The notes below the pieces were generated by a model that was given only the letters and a program-made list of their open reading frames with translations, was not told the origin of the DNA and ran no database searches. A stretch of DNA of 64,000 nt, from contig CAZTVK010000019.1 of assembly GCA_964617195.1 (NCBI GenBank), positions 225,019 to 289,018 on the forward strand. Reading direction: 5' to 3'. A program made the position numbers and the translations under genes. The DNA comes from an uncultured Methanosarcinales archaeon (GTDB lineage: Archaea > Nanobdellota > Nanobdellia > Woesearchaeales > ARS49). This document shows positions 9,477 through 19,916 of this stretch, one piece after another; positions within the stretch are counted from its first letter, which is position 1, and each line of letters opens with the position of its first letter.

Positions 9477-11260
9477 ACTCAGACGTACTAGAACTAGTAA
9501 AGAAAAACCTGAAAAACCTAATCAGAGCAAAAGCAGGATCACTCGTCGTAATACTAGGACCACTAATCGTAATCTTCCTCGCAGGACTCGCGTTCGACAA
9601 CAGCAACGCTTACGCAGTAAAAATAGGAACATACACACCAGAACCAACAGACATCACAACAACATTCCTAGACCAGCTAAGAACACAATTCAAAGTAAGC
9701 GAGTACGAAACAGAAGAAGACTGCGTAGACGCCATCAAAAAAACAGACATCAACACGTGCATGTCCTTCTCACCAGACTTCACAATAGGAAAACCGCCAC
9801 AAAACCAAATCACATTCTACGTAGACTATTCACGCATAAACCTCGTATGGAGCATAATGCAAACCATGACCCAGAAAGTCGGAGAGAAAACACTCCAAGA
9901 AAGCCAAAGTTTGACAAAACTGCTCATAGACACCCTTGAATTCACGCACAACAAAATCAAAGACGAACGAGAAATCATAGTCAAACTAGCAACAGAAAAC
10001 GAACTAATGAACAAAAACGTCCAAGACCTCGCAGCAGAACTCGGCGACATGAGCCTGGAATTTAACGAAAACGAATTCGGAGTCCAGAACATAACCAGCG
10101 CAAAAACACAAGTCAAACAATGGATGGAAAGCACACTCACAATAAGCGAAAAAGGATTGTCAAAAGCAACAAACTTCATCAGCGCAGCAGACGCACTAGT
10201 AAAAGGCTCAGCAGCAGGACAACAAGTAAAAGACAAACTCCTCGAAAACTTCCAAAAAAGCTTAGACGAAATCAAAAAAGCCAAAGCAGAACTCGCTGAA
10301 ACAAAAAACCTCACCAAAGAATCATTCCTCAGATTTGACAAACAAATGATAGAATTAACAGAAACCATCACAATGACAAAAGACAGACTAAATGAAGCAG
10401 ACACCAGCAGACAATTAGGACTAAGAGTGCTCGAAGCCATAACAAGCCTACTTGACAAAAGCCTGATCAGCATAAGCGACGTACAACAAGCACTAAACGA
10501 CATAGACAATCGGATAAGCGCCATAGAAATCAAAGACCCAGAAGCAATCACGCAGCCAATCGTCACTTCAATCAAGCCAATAGTACAAGAAAAAACCTAC
10601 CTCAACTACCTCTTCCCAATACTCAGCATACTAATCATAATGTTCACAGCCCTGCTGATCACGCCAACACTAATCATGCTTGACAAGAACAGCCCTGCCA
10701 GCTTCAGAACATACATGACACCAGTAGCAGACACCAGCTACGTAATATCAAACTTCATCACAGCCTCAATACTGCTTTCCCTGCAAACAATAATCGTACT
10801 AGCAATCGCGAGCGTATTCTTCACCAGCCAAGTTATTTCTAATATCCCAGAAGCATTAGTGCTACTAGTCATCATCAACTCAGTTTTCATCCTAATAGGC
10901 ATGATAATCGGCTACGCATTCAACAGCGAAGAAGCAGCCACACTAGGAGGAGTAAGCATCGGAGCAGTCTTCCTCTTCCTCAGCGACGTAATCATCCCAT
11001 TAGAAAGCATGCCAGAATCATTCGCATACATCGCCAGCTTCAACCCATACGTTCTAAGCAGCCAACTACTCAGAAGAGCACTAATCTTCGACCAAACATT
11101 ACTCAGCATGCTCGGAGACATAATAATAATGCTAGGATACATCGTAGCCCTCGCAATACTCGCAACCGGCATTTACCTGCTCACCAGACGCTATTCAATG
11201 CAACAACTAATGAAAGCAATCACGCCAGTATTTGCGCGCGTAAGATTCAAGAAAAAATAA
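9473..11260 (+). CDS. ABC-2 type permease with long extracellular coiled-coil domain
   Basis: One N-terminal TM, ~330-aa heptad-rich ectodomain, 5-6 C-terminal TMs with FLSDVIIPLESMP...FNPY motif. ATGA overlap with the ATPase. Confidence 0.8.
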   Translation: MNSDVLELVKKNLKNLIRAKAGSLVVILGPLIVIFLAGLAFDNSNAYAVKIGTYTPEPTDITTTFLDQLRTQFKVSEYETEEDCVDAIKKTDINTCMSFSPDFTIGKPPQNQITFYVDYSRINLVWSIMQTMTQKVGEKTLQESQSLTKLLIDTLEFTHNKIKDEREIIVKLATENELMNKNVQDLAAELGDMSLEFNENEFGVQNITSAKTQVKQWMESTLTISEKGLSKATNFISAADALVKGSAAGQQVKDKLLENFQKSLDEIKKAKAELAETKNLTKESFLRFDKQMIELTETITMTKDRLNEADTSRQLGLRVLEAITSLLDKSLISISDVQQALNDIDNRISAIEIKDPEAITQPIVTSIKPIVQEKTYLNYLFPILSILIIMFTALLITPTLIMLDKNSPASFRTYMTPVADTSYVISNFITASILLSLQTIIVLAIASVFFTSQVISNIPEALVLLVIINSVFILIGMIIGYAFNSEEAATLGGVSIGAVFLFLSDVIIPLESMPESFAYIASFNPYVLSSQLLRRALIFDQTLLSMLGDIIIMLGYIVALAILATGIYLLTRRYSMQQLMKAITPVFARVRFKKK

Positions 11261-11272
11261 CTGTCGTCCAAA

Positions 11273-11307
11273 AAGGCTGCCTTGGCCCTTCGGGGCCGGG
11301 CGGTCTT
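11273..11307 (+). other. Strong GC-rich stem-loop with C(UUCG)G tetraloop (terminator, RNA stabiliser or REP-like element)
   Basis: AAGGCTGCC-TT-GGCCC-TTCG-GGGCC-G-GGCGGTCTT, just 3' of the permease stop. Confidence 0.6.
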
Positions 11308-11350
11308 CCTTCTCGAAAGCTATTTAAATCGTCATATAGCACGGTAGATT

Positions 11351-12787
11351 ATGAAGTTTCACAATACACTGACGAGAAAGAAAGAAGAATTCAAGCCAAT
11401 AGACAAAAAACTCGTCAGAATGTACACCTGCGGGCCAACAGTGTACAATTACATTCACATCGGCAACCTGCGCACTTTCCTATTTGAAGACCTGCTCAGA
11501 AGATGGATAAAATACCGCGGTTATAACATCAAACAAATCATGAACCTCACAGATGTAGATGACAAAATCATTCGCGATTCACAAAAAGAAGGCGTTTCGC
11601 TCAAAGAATTTACTGAACGTTATGCGAAAGCATTTTTTGATGACATCAAAACACTCAACATCGAACCAGCAGAAGTATATCCGAACGCAACTGACTATAT
11701 TCCTGAAATGGTTGCCATGATACAATGCCTGCTTCAGAAAGAAATCGCTTACAAAACAGACGACGGCATATATTTCTCTATTTCAAAATTCAAAAATTAC
11801 GGACAATTGGCAAACATTGACGTCACCAAACTTGAAGCAGGAGCATCAGGCAGAGTAAAAGCGGACGAATATGAGAAAGAAAATGTTGCAGATTTCGCGC
11901 TCTGGAAATTATGGGACGAAAAAGACGGCAAAGTCTTCTGGGAAACAGAAATAGGCAAAGGAAGGCCAGGATGGCACATCGAATGCTCGGCAATGAGCGC
12001 AAAAAACCTGACTGACGCATTCTCAGGAAGCATATTCCACCCGGAAAAATTCGAAACTATTGACATACACACTGGCGGAGTCGATAACATTTTCCCACAC
12101 CACGTTGACGAAATAGCACAAACAGAAGCATGCATAAGCAAGAAATTCGCCAACTACTGGCTGCACTCAGAGCACTTATTGGTAGACGGCAAAAAAATGT
12201 CAAAATCACTCGGAAACTTCTACACCTTGCGAGATTTAATCGCAAAAGGATACAACCCCATAGCAGTCAGATACCTATTACTATCAACCCACTACAGACA
12301 AAAAATGAATTTCACACTTGAAGCGCTCGAAGCGGCGACAGTCGCGGTACAAAGACTGAACGACTTCATGCTCAGATTAAAAGAAGCACATGGCAGCAAG
12401 AATAACGCCGAAGTACACGACGCAATACAGAAAGCGCGATTACAATTTGAAAAATCACTTGATGACGATTTAGAAATGAGTCCAGCGCTCGCGTCAATTT
12501 TTGATCTAATGAACATAATAAACAGGCATCTTGACTCACACGAGCTCAGCAAACAAGACGCAGAAGCAGTCGCTAAATTCATGGAAGACGCCAACACAGT
12601 GCTTGGAGTGCTGGTAAAAGAAGAAAAACTATCACCAGAACTACAAAAACTAGTTGATGACCGAGAAAAAGCACGACAAATCAAGAATTGGTCACGCACA
12701 GACGAATTACGAGACGAACTTAAAAAACACGGAATATCAGTCGAGGACACACCACATGGACAACGATGGAAAAGAATTTTTTCGTAA
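11351..12787 (+). CDS. cysS: Cysteine--tRNA ligase
   Basis: MYTCGPTVYN, HIGN, GRPGWHIECSAM, DIHTGGVDNIFPHH, KMSKS. Confidence 0.97.
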   Translation: MKFHNTLTRKKEEFKPIDKKLVRMYTCGPTVYNYIHIGNLRTFLFEDLLRRWIKYRGYNIKQIMNLTDVDDKIIRDSQKEGVSLKEFTERYAKAFFDDIKTLNIEPAEVYPNATDYIPEMVAMIQCLLQKEIAYKTDDGIYFSISKFKNYGQLANIDVTKLEAGASGRVKADEYEKENVADFALWKLWDEKDGKVFWETEIGKGRPGWHIECSAMSAKNLTDAFSGSIFHPEKFETIDIHTGGVDNIFPHHVDEIAQTEACISKKFANYWLHSEHLLVDGKKMSKSLGNFYTLRDLIAKGYNPIAVRYLLLSTHYRQKMNFTLEALEAATVAVQRLNDFMLRLKEAHGSKNNAEVHDAIQKARLQFEKSLDDDLEMSPALASIFDLMNIINRHLDSHELSKQDAEAVAKFMEDANTVLGVLVKEEKLSPELQKLVDDREKARQIKNWSRTDELRDELKKHGISVEDTPHGQRWKRIFS

Positions 12788-13646
12788 GCGTTACGAACAA
12801 CTTGGCGGGGAAATCGCCGACATAAAAACACTCTCAACACTGCGAGTTAACACACTAAAAATAACGGCAAAAGAACTAATTGCGCGGCTTGAAAAACTAG
12901 GAATCAAACTAGAACGCGTACCAATCACAAAAAACGGGTATACAGTACAAAGCAAATTCTCACTCGGAGCAATAACAGAATGCCTGCTCGGCTACTATTA
13001 CCTCCAAGAAACAGCATCACAATTACCGGTAGAAGTCCTAGACCCAAAACCAACAGACATCGTGCTTGACGCATGCGCAGCACCAGGGGGAAAAACAACA
13101 CAACTCGCCGCGCACATGGAAAATCAAGGAACAATCGTCGCATGCGAGCTCAAACCACACAGAATGCCAAGCCTGCTAATGAATTTAGAACGCTGTGGAG
13201 TCAAGAACACAACAGTATTTGAAGGAAACGCAGTACTCGCAGGCAGACTTGGAGTGCAATTCGACAAAATACTACTCGACGCGCCCTGCGCGGGAAACTA
13301 TCTGACAGAACCAGGATGGTTTGAGAAAAGAACACTAGGAGGCATACAAATCAGCAGCAACATACAAAGAAGACTGCTTTCAGACTGCATAAACATGCTC
13401 AAACCAGGCGGACAACTCGTTTACAGTACCTGCTCACTAGAACCAGAAGAAAACGAGATGAACATCGACTGGGCACTCAAAAACCTACCAGTTCGATTAG
13501 AAAAAGTCAACCTGCAAATCGGAGACCCAGGCCTTACCAGCGTCTTCGGAAAAAAATTACACCCGGAAATAGCGCTATGCAAACGCTTCTGGCCACACAA
13601 AACAAAAACAGAAGGATTCTTCATCGCAAAAATGGTGAAAATATGA
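12756..13646 (+). CDS. NOL1/NOP2/RsmB family RNA m5C methyltransferase
   Basis: LRVNTLK, VLDACAAPGGKT, ILLDAPC, LVYSTCS, EENE, EGFFIA. ATG at 12756 preferred. Confidence 0.92.
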   Translation: MDNDGKEFFRKRYEQLGGEIADIKTLSTLRVNTLKITAKELIARLEKLGIKLERVPITKNGYTVQSKFSLGAITECLLGYYYLQETASQLPVEVLDPKPTDIVLDACAAPGGKTTQLAAHMENQGTIVACELKPHRMPSLLMNLERCGVKNTTVFEGNAVLAGRLGVQFDKILLDAPCAGNYLTEPGWFEKRTLGGIQISSNIQRRLLSDCINMLKPGGQLVYSTCSLEPEENEMNIDWALKNLPVRLEKVNLQIGDPGLTSVFGKKLHPEIALCKRFWPHKTKTEGFFIAKMVKI

Positions 13647-14116
13647 ACCCCAAAAAAATGAACCTTGACGAATTCCTCAAACCATTCGGCATAAAGAAAA
13701 AACTAGACTCGCAAATCGTCAGCAGATCATACTTCATCGTCAAAGACAAGAATTTTCTAGGCAAAAACCCGGCCTATAGCGGTGAGTGTATCGCACACAT
13801 ACGCGGACCAGTACTTATCCCTTCCATTGATTTCCTACAACAAATCGGCAAAGAAGCAAGAAGGCACGTCATCATCAACTCAAAAGCAGAATGGCTATTC
13901 ATCTGCGGAAGAGACATATTCGCAAAAGGAATAACCGCACACAACAATCCAGAAGTTGGCGACAGAGTAGTCATCCTAAACCAGCACAAAGAATGCCTCG
14001 GCTACGGAGACATGACAGCCCCCTTTACAGACACAAGAGTCGTCATCAAAAGACTATTTGACATCGGAGACCTGCTCAGAAGAGAAAGAAAGAGCAGGAA
14101 GGTCAGACAACAATAG
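13643..14116 (+). CDS. NIP7-like PUA-domain RNA-binding protein
   Basis: KAEWLFICGRDIF...CLGYG...DIGDLLRRE; translationally coupled to the NOP2-family gene. Confidence 0.75.
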   Translation: MNPKKMNLDEFLKPFGIKKKLDSQIVSRSYFIVKDKNFLGKNPAYSGECIAHIRGPVLIPSIDFLQQIGKEARRHVIINSKAEWLFICGRDIFAKGITAHNNPEVGDRVVILNQHKECLGYGDMTAPFTDTRVVIKRLFDIGDLLRRERKSRKVRQQ

Positions 14117-14147
14117 CTTTTTAAACCTGTTCTCAAGACGATAAACT

Positions 14148-16538
14148 ATGGCTGACCGATACGAACCAAAAGTCGAAGAAGAAAAATGGATGCACTTCTG
14201 GGAAAAAGAAGGCATTTTCACCTTTAATCCTGAACAAAAAGGAGAAGTGTACAGCATAGACACACCTCCACCAACAGTATCGGGAAGCATGCACATCGGA
14301 CACGCATTCTCATACACACAACAAGACATCATAGCACGCTACAAAAGACTACGAGGCTACAACGTATTCTACCCATGGGGAACAGACGACAACGGACTGC
14401 CAACAGAACGCCTTGTTGAGAAACTGAAAGGAGTTAAGGGCAGCAAAATGGACAGGCAAGAATTCATCAAACTATGCGAGCAAACACTAGCAGAAATCAT
14501 GCCAGCATTCACACACGACTGGAAAAGAATAGGCATGAGTTGCGACTTTAAACTAGCATACAGCACAATAAACGCAAACTCCAGAAGAATAAGCCAATGG
14601 AGCTTCCTAGACCTGCAAAAAAAAGGAAGAGTCTACCGAAAAAACGCGCCATCACTATGGTGCCCGCTATGCGAAACAGCAATCTCACAAGTAGAATGCC
14701 AAGACGTAGAAAAAAACAGCACATTCAACGACATAGTCTTCAAACTAGACGGAAAAGACCTAGAAATAGCAACAACAAGACCAGAACTAATACCAGCCTG
14801 CGTCGCAGTATTCGCACACCCAAACGACGACCGATACAAAAAATTATTCGGCAAAAAAGCAATCACGCCAGTATTCAACAAAGAAGTACCAATAATGCCA
14901 GACGAACGAGTAGACCCAGCCAAAGGAACAGGAATAGTCATGTGCTGCACGTTCGGAGACCAAACAGACATCGCATGGTATCTCGCCTATAACTTACCAC
15001 TCATCAACGCAATAAGCAAGAATGGCGTAATGACAGAAGCAGCAGGGAAATATCAAGGACTCAAAATTCACGAAGCCAGAAAAGCAATCCTCTCAGACAT
15101 GAAAACAACAGGACTGCTCAGAGCACAAAAACCAATCAAACACGCAGTCAAAGTACACGAAAGATGCCAAACAGAAATAGAAATCATCCAAAGCAAACAA
15201 TGGTTCATCAAATACCTCGACCTTAAAGACAAACTCCTAGAATGGGGAGCCCAACTCAACTGGAACCCAGACTTCATGATACACAGATACAACAACTGGG
15301 TCAAAGGACTACAATGGGACTGGCTCATTTCCAGACAAAGATTCTTCGGAGTCCCATTCCCAGTATGGTATTGCAAACAATGCGACGAGCCAACATTCGC
15401 AGACGACAAAAAATTGCCAATCGATCCACTGAAAGACCAACCACCAGTCAAACAATGCCTGAAATGCAAGTTCACAGAGTTTATCGGCGAAAAAGACGTC
15501 CTAGACACATGGGCGACAAGCAGCATGACACCACAACTAGCAATACAAATGGTGCCAGAAAAATATAGGGCGAAATTGTATCCAATGAGCTTACGCCCAC
15601 AAGCACACGAAATCATCAGCTTCTGGCTGTTCAATACTTTGGTCAAAAGCCAATTACACTACAACGTCAACCCATGGAAAGACATCGTCCTATCAGGCTA
15701 CGTAACAGACCCACTCGGCGAAAAAATGTCAAAAAGCAAAGGAAACGTCGTAGCCCCACAAAAAGTCCTTGAAAAATACAGCGCAGACGCCATGCGATAC
15801 TGGGCAGGCGGAAGCAAACTAGGAGAAGACATCGCCTACCAAGAAAAAGAACTCGTAACTGGAGATAAGTTCGTAACAAAACTCTGGAACGCAGCCAAAT
15901 TCACAAACATGCACTTAGAAGGATACGACCACAAAGGAACCTCAATAGAAACACTAGACCTCTGGATACACGCACGCCTCGCAAAAGCAATCAAAGAAGC
16001 AACAGAAGCCTTTGACAACTACGAATACTTCAAAGCAAAACAAGCAATAGAAGCATTCTTCTGGAAAGACTTCTGCGACAACTACCTAGAACTCATTAAA
16101 TCAAGAATGTACGAGCCAAAATCACCACAACACAAAAAAAGCGCACAACACGCGCTCAATACATGTTTATCAGCCATCGTACGGTTAATGTCACCATTCA
16201 CGCCATTCATAACAGAAGAAGTCTATAGCCTGTATTTCAAACAAAAAGAAGGCCACAAAAGCGTACACTTGTCAAACTGGCCTGAAATTCCTGCAATTAA
16301 CGAAAAAGCAGAACAAGCAGGCAATATTGCAGTTGTTATTCTCGCCGCAGTACGCAAGAAAAAATCAGAAATGAAAGTATCCATGAAAGCGCCAGTCAAA
16401 AGACTAGTTATCGATACAAAAATCGACATTTCAGGCGTACTGGACGATTTGAAAGCAACAACAGCAGCAGAAAAAATAGAAATAGGCAAAGCAACAGAAG
16501 AATTAACACCAGACGTCAAAATAACAGTAGAGTTCTAA
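14148..16538 (+). CDS. valS: Valine--tRNA ligase (archaeal type)
   Basis: YSIDTPPPTVSG, HIGH, ATTRPEL, GTGIVMCCTFGD, DWLISRQR, KMSKS. Confidence 0.96.
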   Translation: MADRYEPKVEEEKWMHFWEKEGIFTFNPEQKGEVYSIDTPPPTVSGSMHIGHAFSYTQQDIIARYKRLRGYNVFYPWGTDDNGLPTERLVEKLKGVKGSKMDRQEFIKLCEQTLAEIMPAFTHDWKRIGMSCDFKLAYSTINANSRRISQWSFLDLQKKGRVYRKNAPSLWCPLCETAISQVECQDVEKNSTFNDIVFKLDGKDLEIATTRPELIPACVAVFAHPNDDRYKKLFGKKAITPVFNKEVPIMPDERVDPAKGTGIVMCCTFGDQTDIAWYLAYNLPLINAISKNGVMTEAAGKYQGLKIHEARKAILSDMKTTGLLRAQKPIKHAVKVHERCQTEIEIIQSKQWFIKYLDLKDKLLEWGAQLNWNPDFMIHRYNNWVKGLQWDWLISRQRFFGVPFPVWYCKQCDEPTFADDKKLPIDPLKDQPPVKQCLKCKFTEFIGEKDVLDTWATSSMTPQLAIQMVPEKYRAKLYPMSLRPQAHEIISFWLFNTLVKSQLHYNVNPWKDIVLSGYVTDPLGEKMSKSKGNVVAPQKVLEKYSADAMRYWAGGSKLGEDIAYQEKELVTGDKFVTKLWNAAKFTNMHLEGYDHKGTSIETLDLWIHARLAKAIKEATEAFDNYEYFKAKQAIEAFFWKDFCDNYLELIKSRMYEPKSPQHKKSAQHALNTCLSAIVRLMSPFTPFITEEVYSLYFKQKEGHKSVHLSNWPEIPAINEKAEQAGNIAVVILAAVRKKKSEMKVSMKAPVKRLVIDTKIDISGVLDDLKATTAAEKIEIGKATEELTPDVKITVEF

Positions 16539-16924
16539 AAATTCGTAACCATGCCATTAATCTTCTTCTCAATATCATGATAACTAAGCTTGGCAAGCTT
16601 AGCAGAACGAATACGCTCTCTCACTGAAGCCAAAAACTTAGCCAGCCTCTCCTGCACCAAATCCTCCTCCTGCTTAATGCGCAACACCAAAGCACCAGCC
16701 AAAGGATGATCATCAAGAGAAGACTCCTTATGTTGCTCCTTCAACTTAGTCCTAATCTCAGAAAGCATATCCATCGCCTGCTTTCCAGGATCAGTAATAG
16801 AAAACTGCTTAACCAAAGCCTTCTCCTTACCATCACTAAACACAACTCTGACCTTCACCTGGTCAAGCTGAGAATAATAATCAACAATATCAACCTTCTT
16901 AAAGTCAACATCTACTGCTTTCAT
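16535..16924 (-). CDS. Hypothetical protein
   Basis: Fills the gap between valS and rfcL, shows minus-strand G/T-ending codon bias, and has a TATA-like element at ~16945-16960. Confidence 0.7.
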   Translation of the reverse strand: MKAVDVDFKKVDIVDYYSQLDQVKVRVVFSDGKEKALVKQFSITDPGKQAMDMLSEIRTKLKEQHKESSLDDHPLAGALVLRIKQEEDLVQERLAKFLASVRERIRSAKLAKLSYHDIEKKINGMVTNF

Positions 16925-17004
16925 GTTCCCAATGGTCACTGAATCTCTATATAAATATTGCTCTACACAAATATTAATAAAACATCATAACGTCGATAAA
17001 CAAC

Positions 17005-18192
17005 ATGTGGGCAAACAAACACAAACCAGAACTAGAGAATATCCCGCACGACACCAAACAATTATACGACTTTGTTACAAATTATGCTAAACAAAAGAAA
17101 AAAGCACTCTTATTGTACGGGCCAACCGGCACTGGAAAAACAGCGGCAGTAAACGCACTCGCACGACGAACAGGACTCGAACTCATCGAAGTAAATGCTT
17201 CAGACTACCGAAATGCCGATGAAATAAATTCAAAAATCGGAAACGCATTGAAACAATACAGCTTATTCTCAGCAGGAAAAATCGTTCTAGTAGACGAACT
17301 AGACGGAATAGCAGGAAACGAAGATCGAGGAGGCGTCTCAGCACTGGCAAGCCTCATTGCAGAATCCAAATTTCCCATCATTCTCATAGCAAACGACCCA
17401 TGGAACAGCAAATTCAACACTATTCGAACAAAAAGCACACTCGTTGAATTCCCAGCAATCACCATGACGGCAATGATACCAGCATTACAACGCATTCTAC
17501 AAAAAGAAAACATCACAGCAGACGACGTAATCGTAAAAACAATCGCTCGCAGAAGCGGCGGAGACTTACGAGGAGCAATAACAGACCTGCAAACACTCTC
17601 ACTAGCAAACGCGCTAACTGTTCAAGGCCTAGAAACACTCCACGAAAGAGAACACTCAGAAAGTATCATGCAAGCACTAGTCAAAATATTGAAATCAACA
17701 GACCCAGTCGTAGCAGTAAGCGCACTAGACCTAGTAGATGAGGATATCGACGAATGCTTTTTGTGGATAGATGAGAATCTGCCAAAAGAATACAAAAATC
17801 CGCAAGACCTGGCACGCGCATACGAGATGTTGTCAAAAGCAGACATTTATCGCGGAAGAATCAGAAGATGGCAATACTGGCGTTATCTAGCTTATGTTGA
17901 TGTTCTAATAACAGCAGGCGTTGCGGTAGCAAAAGACAAAAAATCAATAACATTTATCACATACAGCAGAACACAAAGACTGCTAAAACACTGGATGGCA
18001 AACCAAAAATACGCACGGCGCAAAAGAGTCGCTGAGAAACTGGCAGCCGCAACCCATTGTTCAAAGAAAAAAGCACTACAAGACACACTGCCATACGTCC
18101 ACAGACTCTACCAATTAAAACATCCAAGCGCAGAAATGATAACAGAGGAATTAAAGCTGGATGAAGAAGAGCTAGAATGGCTGAATAAATAA
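17005..18192 (+). CDS. rfcL: Replication factor C large subunit
   Basis: MWANKHKP, GPTGTGKT, LIEVNASDYR, VLVDELDG, GDLR, WIDENLP, LSKADIYRGR. Confidence 0.93.
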   Translation: MWANKHKPELENIPHDTKQLYDFVTNYAKQKKKALLLYGPTGTGKTAAVNALARRTGLELIEVNASDYRNADEINSKIGNALKQYSLFSAGKIVLVDELDGIAGNEDRGGVSALASLIAESKFPIILIANDPWNSKFNTIRTKSTLVEFPAITMTAMIPALQRILQKENITADDVIVKTIARRSGGDLRGAITDLQTLSLANALTVQGLETLHEREHSESIMQALVKILKSTDPVVAVSALDLVDEDIDECFLWIDENLPKEYKNPQDLARAYEMLSKADIYRGRIRRWQYWRYLAYVDVLITAGVAVAKDKKSITFITYSRTQRLLKHWMANQKYARRKRVAEKLAAATHCSKKKALQDTLPYVHRLYQLKHPSAEMITEELKLDEEELEWLNK

Positions 18193-18387
18193 CTACTTAT
18201 GCCCGTGACCGCCAAGATAAATATGCTTGATCTTATCAGTCTTCATGATTGATTTATCACCATGCAAAGCAACCCTGCCTTCTTCAAGAACGTAAATGTG
18301 GTCTGCAATCTCACACGCAGCCTTAGCATTCTGCTCGACCATTATGATTGCAGTGCCCTCCTTGTTAATATCCTGAATTTTCCAGAA
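18193..18387 (-). pseudogene. C-terminal remnant of a LivF-like branched-chain amino-acid ABC ATPase
   Basis: IQDINKEGTAIIMVEQNAKAACEIADHIYVLEEGRV...YLGG matches the LivF C-terminus. Walker A, signature and Walker B are absent, and there is no room for them before glyS. Confidence 0.75.
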
Positions 18388-18420
18388 ACCTTTAAAAAGC
18401 ACTCTCGATAGCTTTTTCTT

Positions 18421-19905
18421 ATGGCCACATATGAAGACGTCGTCAATCTAGCACTAAGAAGAAGCCTATTCTACCCAGCAAACGAGATTTACGCAAATGC
18501 ACCAGCAGGATTCTACGACTTCGGACCCTACGGAGCGACCATCAGGCGAAAAATCGTGGAACTCTGGAGAAAACACCTAGTGCAAAAAGAAGAATTCTTA
18601 GAACTAGACGGCGCGATAACAATGCCAGAAGACGTATTCAAAGCGTCAGGGCATTTGACAAACTTCAACGACCCAATCACACAATGCAAAAAATGCAACA
18701 CAATACACAGAGCAGACAAACTCTTGGAAGAAACAACCAAAAAACCATACAAAGAATCAGCACCACTAGAGGAACTCACGGCAGCATTGCGAGAGCACAA
18801 TCTCAAATGCCCAAAATGCAAAGGAGACTTAATGGACGTAAAACGCTTCAACATGATGGTAAAAGCGGATATTGGCGTATCAACAAAAGCAGCATGCTAC
18901 CTTCGACCAGAAACATGTCAAACGATATTTGTTGATTGGTCAAGGATGGTAAGATCGATGAGGGTAAAGCTGCCAAAAGGAGTGGCGCAAGTCGGAAAAT
19001 CATTCAGAAACGAAATCTCACCAAGACAAACACTATTACGACAAGTAGAATTCTCGCAAATGGAAGCAGAAGTATTCTTCGACCCAGAACAAATCAACGA
19101 AATAGAAAGATGGGAAGAAGTCAAAAATTACGCACTACGCATAATGAAAGTAGGAAGCGACAAAACAGAATATATCCCAGCAGAAAAACTAGTCAAAGAT
19201 AACGTCGTATCAGGCAAAATTATCGCTTATTACCTAGCAAGAACACAACAATTATTCGAAAAATGCGGAATACCAACAGAAAAAATGAGGTTCAGACAAC
19301 TAGACGACAAAGAAAGAGCATTCTACGCAAAAGAAGGCTGGGACTTCGAAGTCGAAACATCACTAGGCTGGGTAGAACTAGTAGCAAACAACTACAGAAC
19401 AGACTATGACCTCAAAGGACACATGGAAGGAAGCAAAACAGACTTACAATTCGCAACACCAGAAGGCAGAAAATTCATACCACACATCTGGGAAATCTCA
19501 ATAGGCCTGGACAGAACATTCTACGCAACACTAGAAATGGCATACAGACAAAAAGACGACAGAATATGGCTATCACTACCACCATCACTAGCACCAATAC
19601 ACGTAGGCATATTCCCACTCATGGCAAACGAAAAAGCCAAAGACCTAGTCAAGAAAGCAGAAGAAATACGAGAAGAACTCCGCGAATGCTACGAAGTACA
19701 ATACGATGACAGTGGCAGCATTGGTAAAAGATACGCGCGAATGGACGAAATAGGAGTGCCATGGTGCATCACAATAGATTTCGGCTCAGTCACAAATGAT
19801 GACGTAACAATCAGAGCAAGAGACACTGCAGCACAGAAAAGAGTAAAAATAAGCGAACTAAAAGATACACTATACCAATTAATAACAGGAAAAATGCACA
19901 TTTAA
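18421..19905 (+). CDS. glyS: Glycine--tRNA ligase (alpha2 type)
   Basis: GFYDFGPYG, FKASGHL, YLRPETCQ, QVGKSFRNEISPR, FSQMEAE, GSIGKRYARMDEIG. Confidence 0.96.
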   Translation: MATYEDVVNLALRRSLFYPANEIYANAPAGFYDFGPYGATIRRKIVELWRKHLVQKEEFLELDGAITMPEDVFKASGHLTNFNDPITQCKKCNTIHRADKLLEETTKKPYKESAPLEELTAALREHNLKCPKCKGDLMDVKRFNMMVKADIGVSTKAACYLRPETCQTIFVDWSRMVRSMRVKLPKGVAQVGKSFRNEISPRQTLLRQVEFSQMEAEVFFDPEQINEIERWEEVKNYALRIMKVGSDKTEYIPAEKLVKDNVVSGKIIAYYLARTQQLFEKCGIPTEKMRFRQLDDKERAFYAKEGWDFEVETSLGWVELVANNYRTDYDLKGHMEGSKTDLQFATPEGRKFIPHIWEISIGLDRTFYATLEMAYRQKDDRIWLSLPPSLAPIHVGIFPLMANEKAKDLVKKAEEIREELRECYEVQYDDSGSIGKRYARMDEIGVPWCITIDFGSVTNDDVTIRARDTAAQKRVKISELKDTLYQLITGKMHI

Positions 19906-19916
19906 GAGGGAACAAA

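Noticed and set aside
12654..12755. Upstream extensions in the ORF track (also 52376-52711, 62208-62255, 38248-38412, 13577-13642)
   Set aside because: They overlap neighbouring genes or promoters; downstream starts fit family lengths and stop-start coupling better.
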